Shown one piece after another: positions 62,901-64,000 of a stretch of 64,000 bases of DNA (its first letter is position 1; the number at the start of each line of letters is the position of its first letter). The stretch spans positions 38,316,001 through 38,380,000 of the forward strand of contig NC_135763.1 in the NCBI RefSeq assembly GCF_052425735.1, read 5' to 3'. A program made the position numbers and the translations under genes. A model generated the notes under the pieces. The model was not told the DNA's origin and made no database searches. It saw nothing but the letters and a program-made list of their open reading frames with translations. Origin of the DNA: Oculina patagonica (lineage: Eukaryota).

Positions 62901-63725
62901 CGTTCATCTTTTCATCTCCACAGACTCGGCCAGTTCCCTTCACAGTAAAAGCGATAGTGACGTCATCAGACATAGAATTCAACGTGCAGGACATTGATTT
63001 TGGTTTCTGTACAGTGCTGGAGTCAGTGAGACGAACAGTGACAATAACAAATAAGTCTGTATTACCACAACCCTTTGGCTTCTGTGGTGTGCCTGATGTA
63101 AGTGAATTCAGATCAAAGTGTTATTGCTGGCTTTAGTGATCTGTGGAGTGCCTGATGTAAGTGAATTCAGATCAAAGTGTTATTGCTGGCTCTAAGTGAT
63201 CTGTGGAGTGCCTGATGTAAGTGAATTCAGATGAAAGTGTTATTGCTGGCTCTAAGTGATCTGTGGAGTGCCTGATGTAAGTGAATTCAGATGAAACTGT
63301 TATTGCTGGCTCTAAGTGATGCGTGCAGTTTTGGCATTAACGAGTATCCTTACCGCGGGTCTGGAATCGGAGCTTCCATCGCCTAGACACAGGTTTTCAT
63401 CGCATGGATTCGAGCTCCATCTGTGCCGAGCAAGCTGGGCTTAGCATGTTAACCACCTCCCTTGTACCCCCGGTATCTTTAATGGCAGCCCCGCAGTGAG
63501 CGTGCCTAAGATCCTAGCAAGGTTAAGCACCCATCTCTAACCCGCCTTTTTGGCCATAGCTAACTCATTTAGGCATTGTACTTTGATCTTGTATTTCACT
63601 GGCTTATGCAATCTTTTCTGTTGTGGTTATAGACAGTTGATGTTCAACCTAATGACGGATTTGGTACGCTGCTACCGCTAGAAAGCTTTGATGTGGATAT
63701 CATGTTCAACGCCAAAAAGGCCAAG
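44901..63725 (+). CDS. CFAP74: Cilia- and flagella-associated protein 74 (partial, >30 exons, continues past the window)
   Basis: Coiled-coil N-terminal exons, then FYSKPEVIVFKDFDVGKSYKKKILLTN...FDPPGVMSAGLTC..VTFKPM..FLAQTGPFSVP..C..KKC and VDLKMCMYDRLYQD...ALRLKFEVCKELRSHLELLPKTAYIQA...QLKFLPR, which match CFAP74. GC-AG intron at 60684-60821. Confidence 0.9.
45206..45422. mobile_element. MITE CAACCCTCCAAGTT...AACTTGGAGGGTTG, 5-bp TSD TACTA
   Basis: TACTA|CAACCC...GGGTTG|TACTA; second copy at 60327-60506. Confidence 0.85.
49446..49744 (+). mobile_element. tRNA-derived SINE (intact copy)
   Basis: A/B-box-like head, CCAGGTGTATAAATGGGTACCGGC core, TTTACCTACCTA tail. Degenerate copies at ~59490-59690 and ~61715-61920. 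Confidence 0.85.
50120..52948. repeat. Composite intronic repeat with a ~0.87-kb near-identical direct duplication (period ~1.23 kb) and nested subrepeats
   Basis: CTTTTCTTTCACAAACTATTCG... at ~50571 and ~51805; subrepeats CGCGACAATCGATTGCGTTAGTC (x6) and GATGAAAGGGT..CTC..GCGTCAACA (x4); short inverted ends TTAGGAGTG / CACTCCTAA. Confidence 0.8.
54292..55110 (+). repeat. 38/45-bp minisatellite beginning at a CFAP74 splice donor
   Basis: GTACTGTGACACCTGCAGTATATCACTTAAGGAAAGGGTAAGG repeated; the first unit begins at the GT (54308). Confidence 0.9.
55784..56527. mobile_element. PIF/Harbinger-like non-autonomous element
   Basis: GGGCCTGTTTACATGGA ... TCCATGTAAACAGGCCTC; TNA flanks (TCA/TAA). 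Confidence 0.7.
58076..58249. mobile_element. CAGTCAACTCTC-family MITE
   Basis: TA|CAGTCTACTCTCTC...GGGAGAGTTGACTG|TA. Confidence 0.8.
60327..60506. mobile_element. CAACCCTCCAAG MITE, 5-bp TSD AGACA (interior garbled)
   Basis: AGACA|CAACCCTCCAAGTT...AACTTGGAGGGTTG|AGACA. Confidence 0.8.
63081..63320 (+). repeat. 59/60-bp tandem repeat (x4) spanning a CFAP74 exon end and donor
   Basis: TCTGTGG(T/A)GTGCCTGAT|GTAAGTGAATTCAGAT...GTGA repeated four times. Confidence 0.9.
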
Positions 63726-64000
63726 GTTGGTAGTCAGATAGTTCCTTAACATTATCCATGTCATTTTGTTTGCAATAACGCGCCACAACGTGTGCTTGCC
63801 TTCTGAATGGACTCGTAGCAGCAGTTCGTATCTAGAGCATTTCACTGCCATCGCCACAAAAAAGATACAAATTTGTTTATTCATCCGTTTGTGTTTTTGG
63901 GGTTTTCGTAAAGAACAGTTCCTTCAATTCTCCGTTTCATTCAAGCAGGTCTATCAACAAAATTTTATCGTCGTTAGCGGTTACGCACTCACAAACGGCA

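Overview
Intron-rich eukaryotic (animal) genomic DNA, most likely a stony coral or other anthozoan; this is inferred from the MysC-type gene, the gene content and the repeat types. Left to right: (1) the 5' end of a minus-strand locus with two tandem, paralogous claudin/PMP22-type first coding exons, both ending in phase 1, with no TM2-TM4 exons found in the window; (2) a 3-exon plus-strand 7-TM protein with gustatory-receptor-like (7TMIC) topology and a CxxC...CxxC insert; (3) a minus-strand doublecortin+EMAP gene (DCX-EMAP/EML-like) with a U12-type intron; (4) inside its first coding intron, a 9,630-bp, apparently very young Mutator-like transposon with 1,028-bp TIRs and a 9-bp TSD, whose single long ORF fuses an Ulp1/C48-type protease, an acidic 10-aa repeat, a WRKY/GCM1-type Zn finger, a DDE transposase, a SWIM finger, an AT-hook and a PHD finger; (5) an intronless mycosporine ATP-grasp ligase (MysC-like) head-to-head with DCX-EMAP; (6) SCO1 head-to-head with (7) CFAP74, which runs off the right end. 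Many MITEs (TA, 5-bp, 6-bp and 9-bp TSD classes, several nested), tRNA-derived SINEs and splice-donor-spanning tandem repeats are present. Three purine-rich tracts look like consensus-sequencing artefacts. All family assignments come from motif recognition by eye, not database searches.
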